Positions 52,968-62,513 of a DNA stretch of 64,000 bases are shown here, one piece after another. Numbering within the stretch: the first letter of the stretch is position 1; the number at the start of each line of letters is the position of its first letter. Origin of the DNA: Candidatus Bipolaricaulia bacterium (lineage in GTDB: Bacteria; Bipolaricaulota; Bipolaricaulia; RBG-16-55-9); contig JBDGQO010000033.1 in NCBI GenBank assembly GCA_042219045.1, forward strand, positions 32,001 through 96,000. Reading direction: 5' to 3'. Below the pieces are notes generated by a model. It was not told the origin of the DNA, searched no databases, and worked only from the letters and a program-made list of their open reading frames with translations. The position numbers and the translations under genes are program-made.

Positions 52968-53765
52968 ATGACCGATTCCCTCCCCGAATACTTCGACTTT
53001 GCCGCTGAGACGGCGTACTTGGCCGGATGTGTCACGCTCGAACACTTCCAGACGGACATTGACGTCGAGCGCAAAGCCGATCGGACGCCGGTTACGGCTG
53101 CAGATCGCGACGCCGAACGCCTGATTCGTTCCCGTATCGAAACGGCCTATCCCGACCACGCCATCCTCGGTGAGGAGTTCGGGACCAGTGGTCCCAATGA
53201 CGCGGCGCACCGCTGGTACATCGACCCCATCGACGGCACCAAGGCGTTCGTGGGTGGCGTTCCGTCGTACGCCGTGTTGATCGGCTTGGAGATCGAGGGC
53301 CGCGTCGACGTCGGCGCGGCATGTTTTCCCGGCCTCGATGAGTTGGTCGTGGCCGCTACGGGCCAGGGGTGCTGGTGGAACGGCACACCGACCCGAGTTC
53401 CAGCGACGCCATGGCTGTCGGAAGGGACTGTGGCGTTCACGGACGTCAACACGTTCGTCGAGTTCGGCCGCGCTGAGGCGTGGGAGCGCTTGAAACGGAC
53501 GGCCTACCACCGAGCGGGCTGGGGCGACGCCTACGGCCACTGCCTCGTCGCCACGGGCCGAGCCGAGCTGATGGTTGATCCGGTCATGAGCCCGTGGGAC
53601 GCGGGGCCTTTGCCCGTTATACTCCGTGAGGCTGGCGGCTACTTCGGCGACTGGCAAGGCCACGAGACGATCCACGCTGGCGAAGGCCTCTCCACCACGC
53701 AGACGCTCCTGCCGGAAATTTTGGCCCTAATCCGCGGGGACGACTCACACGACCCATCACGCTGA
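52968..53765 (+). CDS. hisN: Inositol monophosphatase-family histidinol-phosphatase-like protein
   Basis: K.D.TPVT.AD, GEE, IDPIDGTKAF, GWGDAYG, PWD. Confidence 0.8.
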   Translation: MTDSLPEYFDFAAETAYLAGCVTLEHFQTDIDVERKADRTPVTAADRDAERLIRSRIETAYPDHAILGEEFGTSGPNDAAHRWYIDPIDGTKAFVGGVPSYAVLIGLEIEGRVDVGAACFPGLDELVVAATGQGCWWNGTPTRVPATPWLSEGTVAFTDVNTFVEFGRAEAWERLKRTAYHRAGWGDAYGHCLVATGRAELMVDPVMSPWDAGPLPVILREAGGYFGDWQGHETIHAGEGLSTTQTLLPEILALIRGDDSHDPSR

Positions 53766-53920
53766 GGGATTTGGTGCCGGGCCCCCGGATCGGCCTGAAT
53801 GCCTGTCCGATCCCTGCCACATGCCCTATCAGGGGCTTAGGGGCTATCGGACATCTTCTCGAAATGCTTTCAAATCATATCCAGATAAAATTCGCATTTG
53901 GCTTAAATTGTAATCGTCAG

Positions 53921-54577
53921 TCAATCGTTCTGATCGAGGTAGGCTTGAATTCCATCGATGATGGACTTGGCTATTTGGGATTGGTACCAGAGCGTCTGGA
54001 GCCGCTGGGCTTCGGTCGGGTTGGTGAGGAATCCCGTTTCGACGATGATCGCGGGCACGTCGGCCCATCGGAGGTAGAGCCGCTGCTCGCGCACGCCTCG
54101 GTGTTCGGCAAAACCGCTCAATTGGCTTGCCATCGTCCCCTCCATTTGGCGAGCAAAGCGTCGACTTGATCGGTAGTTCGACTCGGATGGCGTGTCGTGC
54201 ACGAGCGTCTCGATGCCTTCGGCATTTGCGTTACGGTACGCGTTGGCGTGAATACTGACGTAGAGTTCGGCATTTACTTGGTGTGCAAGATCGATCCGAT
54301 CCCGCAGTGACATGGTCTTGTCTGACCGACGAGTGAGCACGACGCGCAGGTTGGCTTCGCTATAAGCCATGATTTCCACCAGGCGGGTAATTTCAAGGTT
54401 GACCTGCTTTTCGGTAACGCCGTTCCAGCCGATTGCGCCGGGATCGGCCCCCCCGTGACCGGCGTCGATCACGACGGTCGTCGGGGTAGGGGGAGAGGCC
54501 TCGCTGGCGCCGACGATAACGAATGCGGTAATGATCGACAGAAGCGTGAGGGCAAGGAGTGCCCAACCTGGCCTCAT
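53921..54577 (-). CDS. N-acetylmuramoyl-L-alanine amidase (Amidase_3), exported
   Basis: Signal peptide, IDAGHGG.DPGA, EK, SIHAN, VETGFLTN. Confidence 0.93.
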   Translation of the reverse strand: MRPGWALLALTLLSIITAFVIVGASEASPPTPTTVVIDAGHGGADPGAIGWNGVTEKQVNLEITRLVEIMAYSEANLRVVLTRRSDKTMSLRDRIDLAHQVNAELYVSIHANAYRNANAEGIETLVHDTPSESNYRSSRRFARQMEGTMASQLSGFAEHRGVREQRLYLRWADVPAIIVETGFLTNPTEAQRLQTLWYQSQIAKSIIDGIQAYLDQND

Positions 54578-54680
54578 GCACGGCCTCCTTTGTGCGCTGG
54601 GGTGCTGATCCGGATCATAAGAGCGACGGACGAGACGGAACTATGATGTGAATTACGCCCGCGGATCTCGCATCATCCCA

Positions 54681-54709
54681 TTGACGGGTTCACCCCGCGT
54701 GCTTACAAT
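54681..54709 (+). promoter_or_regulatory. Sigma70 promoter of pgsA
   Basis: TTGACG-17 bp-TACAAT. Confidence 0.65.
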
Positions 54710-54720
54710 CGAACCACACC

Positions 54721-55287
54721 ATGGCTTGGAACTTGCCGAACACGATCACGATCTTGCGCATAGCGACGATCCCGCTGCTGCTGTTTGTGCTGCTGTCGGG
54801 CGTGATTCCGGGCGGCGAGATCGTGGCGTTGGTGATCTTTGCCTTGGCCTCGCTGTCGGACGCCGTTGACGGCTGGTTGGCGCGCAACCGCTCGCAAGAG
54901 ACCGTGTTCGGGAAACTGGCCGATCCCATTGCGGACAAGCTTCTGATCATGGCCGCATTGGCAGTTTTCGTCGGTCGCAGTGATTTCTGGAACGAACTGT
55001 TGATCGTCTCGTTCGTCATCATCCTGGCCCGTGAGTTCCTCGTCATGGGGCTGCGCATGCTGGCGATCGATAAAAATATCGTCATTTCCGCGAGCTGGTC
55101 CGGGAAATTGAAAACTTTGTCCCATATCGGACTGGTTTTAGTGTTGCTTATTGACAGCTTGGGCGGTTGGGGAACAATCAGCGGCATGATTGTCCCTGGC
55201 GCTATTTACCTTGCGGTGACGATGGCGCTCATCTCCGGCGTGGAGTACTTCTTCAAAAGCCGCGAGCTCTTCCGTACCGCTGCCTGA
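54721..55287 (+). CDS. pgsA: CDP-diacylglycerol--glycerol-3-phosphate 3-phosphatidyltransferase
   Basis: NLPN.IT..R, D..DG..AR....T.FG..ADP.ADK, GKLKT. Confidence 0.92.
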   Translation: MAWNLPNTITILRIATIPLLLFVLLSGVIPGGEIVALVIFALASLSDAVDGWLARNRSQETVFGKLADPIADKLLIMAALAVFVGRSDFWNELLIVSFVIILAREFLVMGLRMLAIDKNIVISASWSGKLKTLSHIGLVLVLLIDSLGGWGTISGMIVPGAIYLAVTMALISGVEYFFKSRELFRTAA

Positions 55288-55358
55288 CCGATCGCTGACC
55301 CATCCCCAGGTCGCAACAAGCCCGATCCCAACATTTCTAGGCAAGGAGGGGAGTCACA

Positions 55359-55985
55359 ATGGGGGAATCGTCTGACGCCCGGCGCGTCGTCTTCCTGCGG
55401 GGCCACAAGGTGATCTTGCGTCCGCTCGACAAGGCGCGAGATGCCGACGTCTGCCAGCGTTGGATCAACGACCCGGACGTCAACCAGTTCCTGTTGGCCC
55501 ATCGGCCCATCACGCCGACGGGCGAGGCCGAGTGGTTCGACCAGGTGGAGAAGTCCGACGAGGTCCACTTGGCCATCGAGGCGGACGATGGCGTTTTCAT
55601 TGGCCTCATGGGCATCCACGAGATCAGTTGGAAGGACCGGAGGGCCACCACGGGCGCGCTCATCGGCGAGAAAGCCTACTGGGGCCAGGGCTACGGGACC
55701 GACGCCAAGATGACGCTGTTGGATTACGCGTTCAACACGCTCAACCTACGCAAAATCTGTTCGTCGGTTTTGGAATTCAACGAGCGGAGCCTCGAGTACA
55801 ACCTCCACTGCGGCTACCGGATCGAGGGGCGCCGCCGAGAGCAGTTCTTCCGCAACGGCCGTTACTGGGACGAGATCCTGCTCGGGCTGTTCAGGGAAGA
55901 CTGGGAGCCCGTGTGGGCGCGCTACCGCGAGACCGGCAGCGTCTATGAGGAGACGTCCGAGGCCTCCGAGGCGTCGTCGGCATGA
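55359..55985 (+). CDS. GNAT family N-acetyltransferase (RimJ/RimL/SpeG-like)
   Basis: LRPL, YWGQGYGT, YAFNTLNL, EG..R. Confidence 0.9.
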   Translation: MGESSDARRVVFLRGHKVILRPLDKARDADVCQRWINDPDVNQFLLAHRPITPTGEAEWFDQVEKSDEVHLAIEADDGVFIGLMGIHEISWKDRRATTGALIGEKAYWGQGYGTDAKMTLLDYAFNTLNLRKICSSVLEFNERSLEYNLHCGYRIEGRRREQFFRNGRYWDEILLGLFREDWEPVWARYRETGSVYEETSEASEASSA

Positions 55986-56347
55986 GGCCCGGGGGGGCCA
56001 TTGGATCGCACCGAGCCCAAGCGCCGTTTCGCCCAACGGACCACGTTGATCGCCTGGGTGAAGGGAAGCAGGGGCCACGCCGCGAACGTCGCGATCAGCA
56101 TGGTGTAGACGTTCGCCGGCGCGCCCTTGATCCCTTCTTCGTGGACATAGCGTTTCAAGCGGAGATCGGGATGCAAGTCTGGCCGGTAGTCTGGGGGGAC
56201 CAGGCTCCACACGTAGGCGAGGTAGCGCCGTTGGGCGCATCCGCCGATCGTCACGGGTTGATCTCGGCCTCGCTCGATGGCTGTGCCGACGAAATCCAGC
56301 CCCATCAGAAAGCTGTTCGGCATATCGACGATCGGCATCTGGCTCAT
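55943..56347 (-). CDS. Hypothetical protein
   Basis: Follows the cohesin-like gene on the same strand; plausible composition. Confidence 0.55.
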   Translation of the reverse strand: MSQMPIVDMPNSFLMGLDFVGTAIERGRDQPVTIGGCAQRRYLAYVWSLVPPDYRPDLHPDLRLKRYVHEEGIKGAPANVYTMLIATFAAWPLLPFTQAINVVRWAKRRLGSVRSNGPPGPHADDASEASDVSS

Positions 56348-56384
56348 GGGAACATCGGCCTCAACGCAAGCAACGGACTGTGGC

Positions 56385-56984
56385 CTAAAACGGGGCCGTC
56401 AGCAAGCCCGACTCCACGCGGGCATCGTAAGGCTCGTCCACGGCAAAGTCGGCCTCGAGTTCGTCGACCGGGATGGTCAGGGACGCGCTGCCGGCGTCGA
56501 TGCGGCGGAACGTCATGGTGAGGAGCCGTTCTTCGCCGTCAACATCCGACTGGCGGACGGCGTGGACGCGAATCTCGCCCTCCTCGTTGAGCCGCACGAT
56601 GTCCGTGTTCCAGTTGGCTGAGCTCGAGACCGCCAACACGCGCGCCAGGTGATTGGGAAAGCGAACCACGAAGTCCAGCTCCTGCGGGTTGCCCTCGACC
56701 CAGAGCGGAATCTCCACGGGCGAGCCGTTCCACGTCACGACGCGGCCAATCTCCAAGTGGACGCGATTGCCCGTCGTTGGTGCAGCCGGTTCTGTGGTCG
56801 TCTGTTGGGAAGCGTCGTGCGCGGTCGTCGCCTCGGTGGCTGTCGCGTCGGCCTCGTCGGTTGCGGCGGGTTCTTCGGTCGACGTTGCCGGCGCAAGCGG
56901 CGAGGCCGGCTCGAAGCCGCCGGCAAAGAACAGCACCCCAGCGAACGCAGCGCCGATCAACAACACGATCAACAACTGTTGCAT
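56385..56984 (-). CDS. Membrane-anchored protein with cohesin-like beta domain
   Basis: N-terminal TM, Thr/Ala/Glu linker, beta-strand pattern resembling cohesin; GAGGAG upstream. Confidence 0.7.
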   Translation of the reverse strand: MQQLLIVLLIGAAFAGVLFFAGGFEPASPLAPATSTEEPAATDEADATATEATTAHDASQQTTTEPAAPTTGNRVHLEIGRVVTWNGSPVEIPLWVEGNPQELDFVVRFPNHLARVLAVSSSANWNTDIVRLNEEGEIRVHAVRQSDVDGEERLLTMTFRRIDAGSASLTIPVDELEADFAVDEPYDARVESGLLTAPF

Positions 56985-57058
56985 GGACCCTCACTCCTCT
57001 GATGATCGCTTTGATCCCCATCATACCAGAGAAGTAGACGGTCGAAAACACCCTGTGC

Positions 57059-57087
57059 TTGCCGGAATATGTCTTGCAGGCTACAAT
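57059..57087 (+). promoter_or_regulatory. Sigma70-type promoter
   Basis: TTGCCG-17 bp-TACAAT. Confidence 0.55.
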
Positions 57088-57130
57088 CGCATGCTGATTT
57101 CACCGATCGACCCATGGAAAGGAGCCCAAG

Positions 57131-58519
57131 ATGCATCGATCGTTCCGCTGGCTCGGTTTGGGGGTGCTTGTGGTGTTGGCGCTCGTCGGAGCCACCGCCT
57201 CCGCCCAGACGGGCTCAACGCCGCTGGCGGTCGCCTGTGGCACCGACGGCCAAGCCCCCGACCTGATCCCCGAGGTCCGTCGTGCCGCCGGCTTGGCCGC
57301 CGGCATCAAGCTGGACCGCAACGTCCAGGCGGAGTTCCAAAAGCTGATCGACGTCTTCTTCGCGACCGAAGAGGAGCTTAACGCCGATCCGCCCGAGCCG
57401 ATCTCCCGAGCCGAATTGACCGCGTTCGACCAGGCGCTGAGCAAGCGCATTGCCGAGTTGGAGGAGATCGCCCGCGGTCCGAACGCTCCCTGTCGGCAAG
57501 TCGTGGAGTTCTCCGCCCTGGAGAATACCATGCTCGACAATGTCATGAACGCTGGCCTCGACGTGCAGCCGGCGAACACCCTCGCCTCGCTCTATGTGAC
57601 CCAGGCGTTCGTCCGAGCCTATCTGGCCACCGATGTGGACCAAGTAACAGCTGAGGACGTGCAGAACGACTTTCCGGCTGAAGCGTTCCTGGCCGAAGCG
57701 CGACGGATTACTGGCACCGCGAAGCAGGCGGATACCTTTGAGTTGGGGCTGTCGCGATCCATTCTCACGCGCTTGTCGCTGTTGACATTCGCGAGCGACA
57801 TCTTTTCAGAAAGTTTCGTCCTGGACGAGCTGCTCAATGCAGAGAAGTGGCGGAACGTGGCCTGTGGGGGGACCGAGTCGTTCTCCGAGGTGGGCTTGGA
57901 AATCGACGGATCAATCAAGTTCTCGCACGTCGACGGCGGTGGTTATCCGTTCCGCGAGACGGCGGCCACGTCCTGGTTCCAAGCCCAACTGCTGCGCAAT
58001 CCGTTCGGCGTCCTGTTCGATCCGTCGTTCAGCGAGCGCCTCCGTGACGCGGCCATGAACGGGTGTACGCCCGAACTCCGCACGGCAGCGGCCGACTTCT
58101 TCTTCCAGATCATGGACAAAAGCAATCGGGCTCAAGCGGCGCTCGAGGTGATCAACTCGGACACGAGCACCGAGTTCCAGCGCGCCGCCGCGCCCTGGGT
58201 CGCGATCCACTGGGCCCAACAGGACGACGGGCCGACGCCGACCGAACTGCAACAGCGGGCGCTCGATGGTAAGACGGCGGGCACGCGAAACGCCGCCGGC
58301 TTAGCCCTCGGGCTCATTTGGGCCAAGCGCGTCCAGAAAGGCAACCTGGAACGGGGCTCGATCGTGGAGTTCCTTGGCTCGGATGGATCGACAACCCGGT
58401 CCGGAACGCTGGTCCAGTTCGCCTCGCTCCACACTGAGACGCACCCCGAGTTGGCGCGAGCGGCCGTGCTTCCGCTGACGCTCATGTATCTGGAAGACGC
58501 TGAGGCGGGAACGCGATGA
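57131..58519 (+). CDS. Secreted helical hypothetical protein
   Basis: AAAGGAG RBS, signal peptide ending ASA-Q, short C-terminal helical repeats. Confidence 0.8.
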   Translation: MHRSFRWLGLGVLVVLALVGATASAQTGSTPLAVACGTDGQAPDLIPEVRRAAGLAAGIKLDRNVQAEFQKLIDVFFATEEELNADPPEPISRAELTAFDQALSKRIAELEEIARGPNAPCRQVVEFSALENTMLDNVMNAGLDVQPANTLASLYVTQAFVRAYLATDVDQVTAEDVQNDFPAEAFLAEARRITGTAKQADTFELGLSRSILTRLSLLTFASDIFSESFVLDELLNAEKWRNVACGGTESFSEVGLEIDGSIKFSHVDGGGYPFRETAATSWFQAQLLRNPFGVLFDPSFSERLRDAAMNGCTPELRTAAADFFFQIMDKSNRAQAALEVINSDTSTEFQRAAAPWVAIHWAQQDDGPTPTELQQRALDGKTAGTRNAAGLALGLIWAKRVQKGNLERGSIVEFLGSDGSTTRSGTLVQFASLHTETHPELARAAVLPLTLMYLEDAEAGTR

Positions 58520-58561
58520 CCTGTTGACCGGGGCTGGCCCGCCGTGCTAAGGTCACTTGTC

Positions 58562-58651
58562 ATGGACGGAAACGCGATCGCTTGCCCAAGTTGTGCCGTC
58601 GTGATGGGCTGGGGACCGGCCCGGTCATTCCTTCCGCTGTTTGCCCCCTAA
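58562..58651 (+). other. Candidate leader peptide (29 aa) upstream of pheS
   Basis: ATG 8 nt after TGn-TAAGGT -10; stop TAA forms the loop of the TGCCCCC/GGGGGCA hairpin. Confidence 0.4.
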
Positions 58652-58733
58652 GGGGGCATGATGACTCGCTGCCGACCGCTCGTTGTCGAGACCGAAGGCT
58701 CCGTTGCACGTCCGTTTTCCAGGGAGCGAGCTT

Positions 58734-59780
58734 ATGAGCACCCCGATCGCCGATTTGAAATCCACCGTTGAGGAACTGCGTCGCGAGGGCCGTGAGGCGC
58801 TGGCCGCGTGCGACACGCTCGACGACTGCGAAGCCACGCGCGTTGCCTATCTGGGCCGCAAGGGCAAGGTGACGAGGCTGTTCGAGCGCTTGGGTGAGCT
58901 CGGCCCCGACGAGAAACCGCAGGCGGGCAAGCTGCTCAACGAGCTGAAGCACGAGCTCGAAGCCGAGCTCCAAGCCCGCCGGGACGAGCTCGAAGCCGAG
59001 GAGATCGAGCGCCAACTCCAGACCGAGCGCGTCGACGTCACGCTGCCCGGGCGTCCGGCCCAAGTGGGCCAACTCCACGTGAGCACGCGGACGCTGCGCG
59101 AGGTCTGCAACGTCTTCGGGCAAATGGGGTTCGAGGTCTACGAGAGCCCGGACGTGGAGACCGACGAGTACAACTTCCAGTTGCTCAACATTCCGCCCGA
59201 TCATCCGGCCCGCGACATGCAGAGCACGTTCTATACCACCCGACCGGGCGTGATCCTGCGGACCCAGACGAGTCCAGGACAGATCCGCGTCATGCGCGAG
59301 CGTTGCCCGGAGCCGATCCGGGTCGTCCTGCCGGGCATGTGCTACCGCTACGAGCAGATTACGCCGCGCTCCGAGATCCAGTTCCACCAGGTCGAAGGGC
59401 TCGCCGTCGGCGAGCGGATCACCATGGCCGACCTCAAGGGCACGCTCAGCGAATTCGCCCGCCAGATGTTCGGCGCGACCGATACGCGCTTCCGCGGCAG
59501 CTACTTCCCGTTTACGGAACCGAGCGTCGAGCTCGACATTCGCTGCATCCTCTGCGACGGGGCGGGCTGTCGCGTCTGCAAACACACCGGCTGGCTGGAG
59601 ATCCTCGGCGCCGGCATGGTGCATCCGAGGGTGCTGGAGAATGGCGGTTATGATCCCGGCGAATTCAGCGGATTCGCCTTCGGCCTTGGCCCCGAGCGCA
59701 TCGCGATGCTGCGCCATGGCATCGAAGACATTCGGCTGTTCTGGGGCAACGACTTGCGGTTCTCGGAGCAGTTCGGCTGA
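58734..59780 (+). CDS. pheS: Phenylalanine--tRNA ligase alpha subunit
   Basis: HPARDMQ, LRTQTS, FHQVEG, YFPFTEPS, GFAFGLG.ER. Confidence 0.98.
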   Translation: MSTPIADLKSTVEELRREGREALAACDTLDDCEATRVAYLGRKGKVTRLFERLGELGPDEKPQAGKLLNELKHELEAELQARRDELEAEEIERQLQTERVDVTLPGRPAQVGQLHVSTRTLREVCNVFGQMGFEVYESPDVETDEYNFQLLNIPPDHPARDMQSTFYTTRPGVILRTQTSPGQIRVMRERCPEPIRVVLPGMCYRYEQITPRSEIQFHQVEGLAVGERITMADLKGTLSEFARQMFGATDTRFRGSYFPFTEPSVELDIRCILCDGAGCRVCKHTGWLEILGAGMVHPRVLENGGYDPGEFSGFAFGLGPERIAMLRHGIEDIRLFWGNDLRFSEQFG

Positions 59781-59942
59781 GGAGAAGGAGCTGTGTTGGC
59801 AAGCGAGGGCGACGATCGCGTCAGTCATGGGCGGGGCGAGGGCCGCCAGGGCCCAGACACCCAGGGGAGCGTGGCCTCGGGTGGATCAGCTCGACGATCA
59901 TCTGTCGACGCCGGACCCTTGAAAGGCGAGGAGGACTGAGCC

Positions 59943-62405
59943 ATGCGCGTTCCCAAGAGCTGGCTCGATCAATACGTACAGACGCCAGTATCCACTGACG
60001 AGTTGGCCCATCGGCTGACGCTGGCGGGCATCGAGCTTGAGGAGCACGAGACGCTGCCCGGCGATGGGCTGACGTGGGATCATCATGTCATCGGCCGCGT
60101 GGAGCGCGTCGAGGCCCACCCGAACGCCGACCGCCTGCTGCTGGCCCACGTGGACATCGGCAACGGCGAGACGCGCCAGGTCGTGCACGGCGCGCCGAAC
60201 CTGCCCATCGGCAGCTCAGACCTGAAGGTCGCCGTGGCGCTGCCGGGCGCTCGGATCGCGCACGCCTACGATGAGGACGCCGAGTTCATGGACGTTCAGG
60301 CCACGGAGCTGCGGGGCGCGGCGTCGAACGGCGTCATCTGCTCGGAGTACGAGCTCGGGCTGTCCGAACACCACGAGGGCGTGCTGATCCTCGACGAGGA
60401 CGCGCCCGTGGGGACGCCGTTGATGGACTACCTTGCCGATGAGGTGCTGGCGTTTGAGCTGACCCCCAATCTGGGACGCTGTTTGTCGATGATCGGCATG
60501 GCCCGCGAGGCGGCGGCCCTGACTGACGGCTCCCTGACGATCCCGGAGCCCGCATGGACGTGCGAGGGGCCATCGGCGGCGGAGCTGGCCCACGTTCGGA
60601 TTGACGACCCCGAGCTGTGCCCGCGCTACACGGCGGCAATTGTCCAAGACGTCGAGCATCGCCCAACGCCGTTCTGGATGCGCTATCGGCTCATGCAAAG
60701 CGGCGTGCGGCCGTTGAGCCTCATCGTCGACATCACCAACTACGTCATGCTCGAGTGGGGCCAGCCGTTGCACGCGTTCGACTATGACAAGCTCGTCGAG
60801 CGCGCCGATGGCCGTGAGCCGACGATCATCGTGCGCCGGGGCGAGTCGGGGGAGCGGCTGACGACGCTGGACGACGTCGAGCGCGAGTTGACCGACGACA
60901 TGCTCGTCATCGCCGACGAGGCCGGCCCCATTGCGATTGCCGGCGTCATGGGCGGCGCCAATACCGAAGTGACCGAAGGGACTGAACATATTCTGTTGGA
61001 GTCGGCCAGCTTCGCGGCGATCAACAACCGCCGTACGTCGCAGGCGCTCGGGCTGCCCAGCGAGGCCTCGCACCGCTTCAGCCGAGGGGTGCCGCCCGAA
61101 TTGGCCGAGCGTGGCAACCGACGTGCTGCCGAGCTGATGCGGATTCATGCCGGCGGCACGGTCGCCGAAGGGCTCGTCGATGCCTACCCGGCCCCGCCGG
61201 ACCCGACGGTGATCGGGCTGGCCCCGCACGACGTCAACCGACTGCTCGGCATGGACCTGAGCGAGGCCGAGATCATTCGATCCTTGGAAAAGCTCGAGTT
61301 CCGCTGCGAGCGCGAAAACGGGATACTGAGCGTCGAGGCTCCTTCTTATCGCCTCGATGTGGGGATTCCGGCCGACCTGATCGAGGAAGTTGCTCGCGCC
61401 GTCGGCTACGATCGACTGCCGAGCACCCGGATGCGCGAGGCGCTGCCGCCGCAATATCATCACCCCAAGCTCGAAGGCGAAGAGCGTGTGCGCGATATCC
61501 TGACGGGCTGCGGCTTGACGGAGATGATCGCCTATCGGCTGACGAGCCTCGACCGGGTGGCCAAGCTCCATCCGGATGGCGACATGCCGGACGAGCCCTA
61601 CATCGAGCTGTCCAATCCCATCTCGTCGGAGCGGACGCACATGCGCCGCACGCTCGTTGACGGCTTGCTGGCAACGATCGCGGACAACCAGCGCCATCAC
61701 GATCGGATTGCGCTCTTCGAGGCAGGCCGGGTCTATCTCCCCGTCGCGGGCGCGGACCTGCCTGAGGAACCGCGTCGGTTGGGCATCGCGCTTGCAGGTC
61801 GGCGGCATCCGGACGCCTGGGTCACGGATGACGACCCGGTCGACTTCTACGACCTCAAGGGGATCATCGAGACCCTGTTGGCGCGCCTCAACGTTCCGGA
61901 TGCCCAATTCCGACCGAGCGACGCCGCGGCGTTCCATCCCGGCCGCACGGCCGAGCTGATCGTCGAAGAGACAGCTATCGGGACGCTCGGCGAAGTGCAT
62001 CCGCGCGTGGCCGATGCCTTCGAGATCGACGGCCGGGCCTATGTGGCCGAACTCGACCTCGATAGGCTCTTAGCCCATGCTGTGGCGCGCGAGACGTATG
62101 ACCCGATCCCGCGCTTCCCGGGCATCCGCCAGGATCTCGCCATCGTCGTCGATGCCGAGGCGCCGTCCGATCGCATCGAAGGGCTCATTCGCGCGCACGG
62201 CGGCGAGCTGCTTGCGGACGTGCGGCTGTTCGACGTCTACACGGGCGAGTCGATTCCGGAAGGCAAGCGGAGCCTGGCCTACTCGCTGTTGTATCGGGCC
62301 GAGGATCGCACGCTGACCGATGCGGAAGCACAGTCGATCCACGAGCGGATCCAGGCCGCTCTGGCGTCCGAGCTGGATGCCCAGGTCCGCGGCCTAGGCG
62401 CGTAA
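59943..62405 (+). CDS. pheT: Phenylalanine--tRNA ligase beta subunit
   Basis: HPNADRL, ELTPN, VDITNYVMLE.GQPLHAFD, FHPGRTA, LFDVYTG. Confidence 0.97.
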   Translation: MRVPKSWLDQYVQTPVSTDELAHRLTLAGIELEEHETLPGDGLTWDHHVIGRVERVEAHPNADRLLLAHVDIGNGETRQVVHGAPNLPIGSSDLKVAVALPGARIAHAYDEDAEFMDVQATELRGAASNGVICSEYELGLSEHHEGVLILDEDAPVGTPLMDYLADEVLAFELTPNLGRCLSMIGMAREAAALTDGSLTIPEPAWTCEGPSAAELAHVRIDDPELCPRYTAAIVQDVEHRPTPFWMRYRLMQSGVRPLSLIVDITNYVMLEWGQPLHAFDYDKLVERADGREPTIIVRRGESGERLTTLDDVERELTDDMLVIADEAGPIAIAGVMGGANTEVTEGTEHILLESASFAAINNRRTSQALGLPSEASHRFSRGVPPELAERGNRRAAELMRIHAGGTVAEGLVDAYPAPPDPTVIGLAPHDVNRLLGMDLSEAEIIRSLEKLEFRCERENGILSVEAPSYRLDVGIPADLIEEVARAVGYDRLPSTRMREALPPQYHHPKLEGEERVRDILTGCGLTEMIAYRLTSLDRVAKLHPDGDMPDEPYIELSNPISSERTHMRRTLVDGLLATIADNQRHHDRIALFEAGRVYLPVAGADLPEEPRRLGIALAGRRHPDAWVTDDDPVDFYDLKGIIETLLARLNVPDAQFRPSDAAAFHPGRTAELIVEETAIGTLGEVHPRVADAFEIDGRAYVAELDLDRLLAHAVARETYDPIPRFPGIRQDLAIVVDAEAPSDRIEGLIRAHGGELLADVRLFDVYTGESIPEGKRSLAYSLLYRAEDRTLTDAEAQSIHERIQAALASELDAQVRGLGA

Positions 62406-62513
62406 GCGCGTCGTCGCCTGTCCGAGCGCGGTCCGATTGGCAAGTTCTGGCCTGGATTGATCCCATCTGTGCAACCGCGATGCCAGAGTCAAAGGCTGGC
62501 TGTCTTCTCCACG

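Noticed and set aside
471..62000. Many long alternative-frame and antisense ORFs (e.g. 471-1784, 16041-17675, 24205-26577, 60216-62000)
   Set aside because: They are shadows of well-supported genes in high-GC DNA and show no family motifs.
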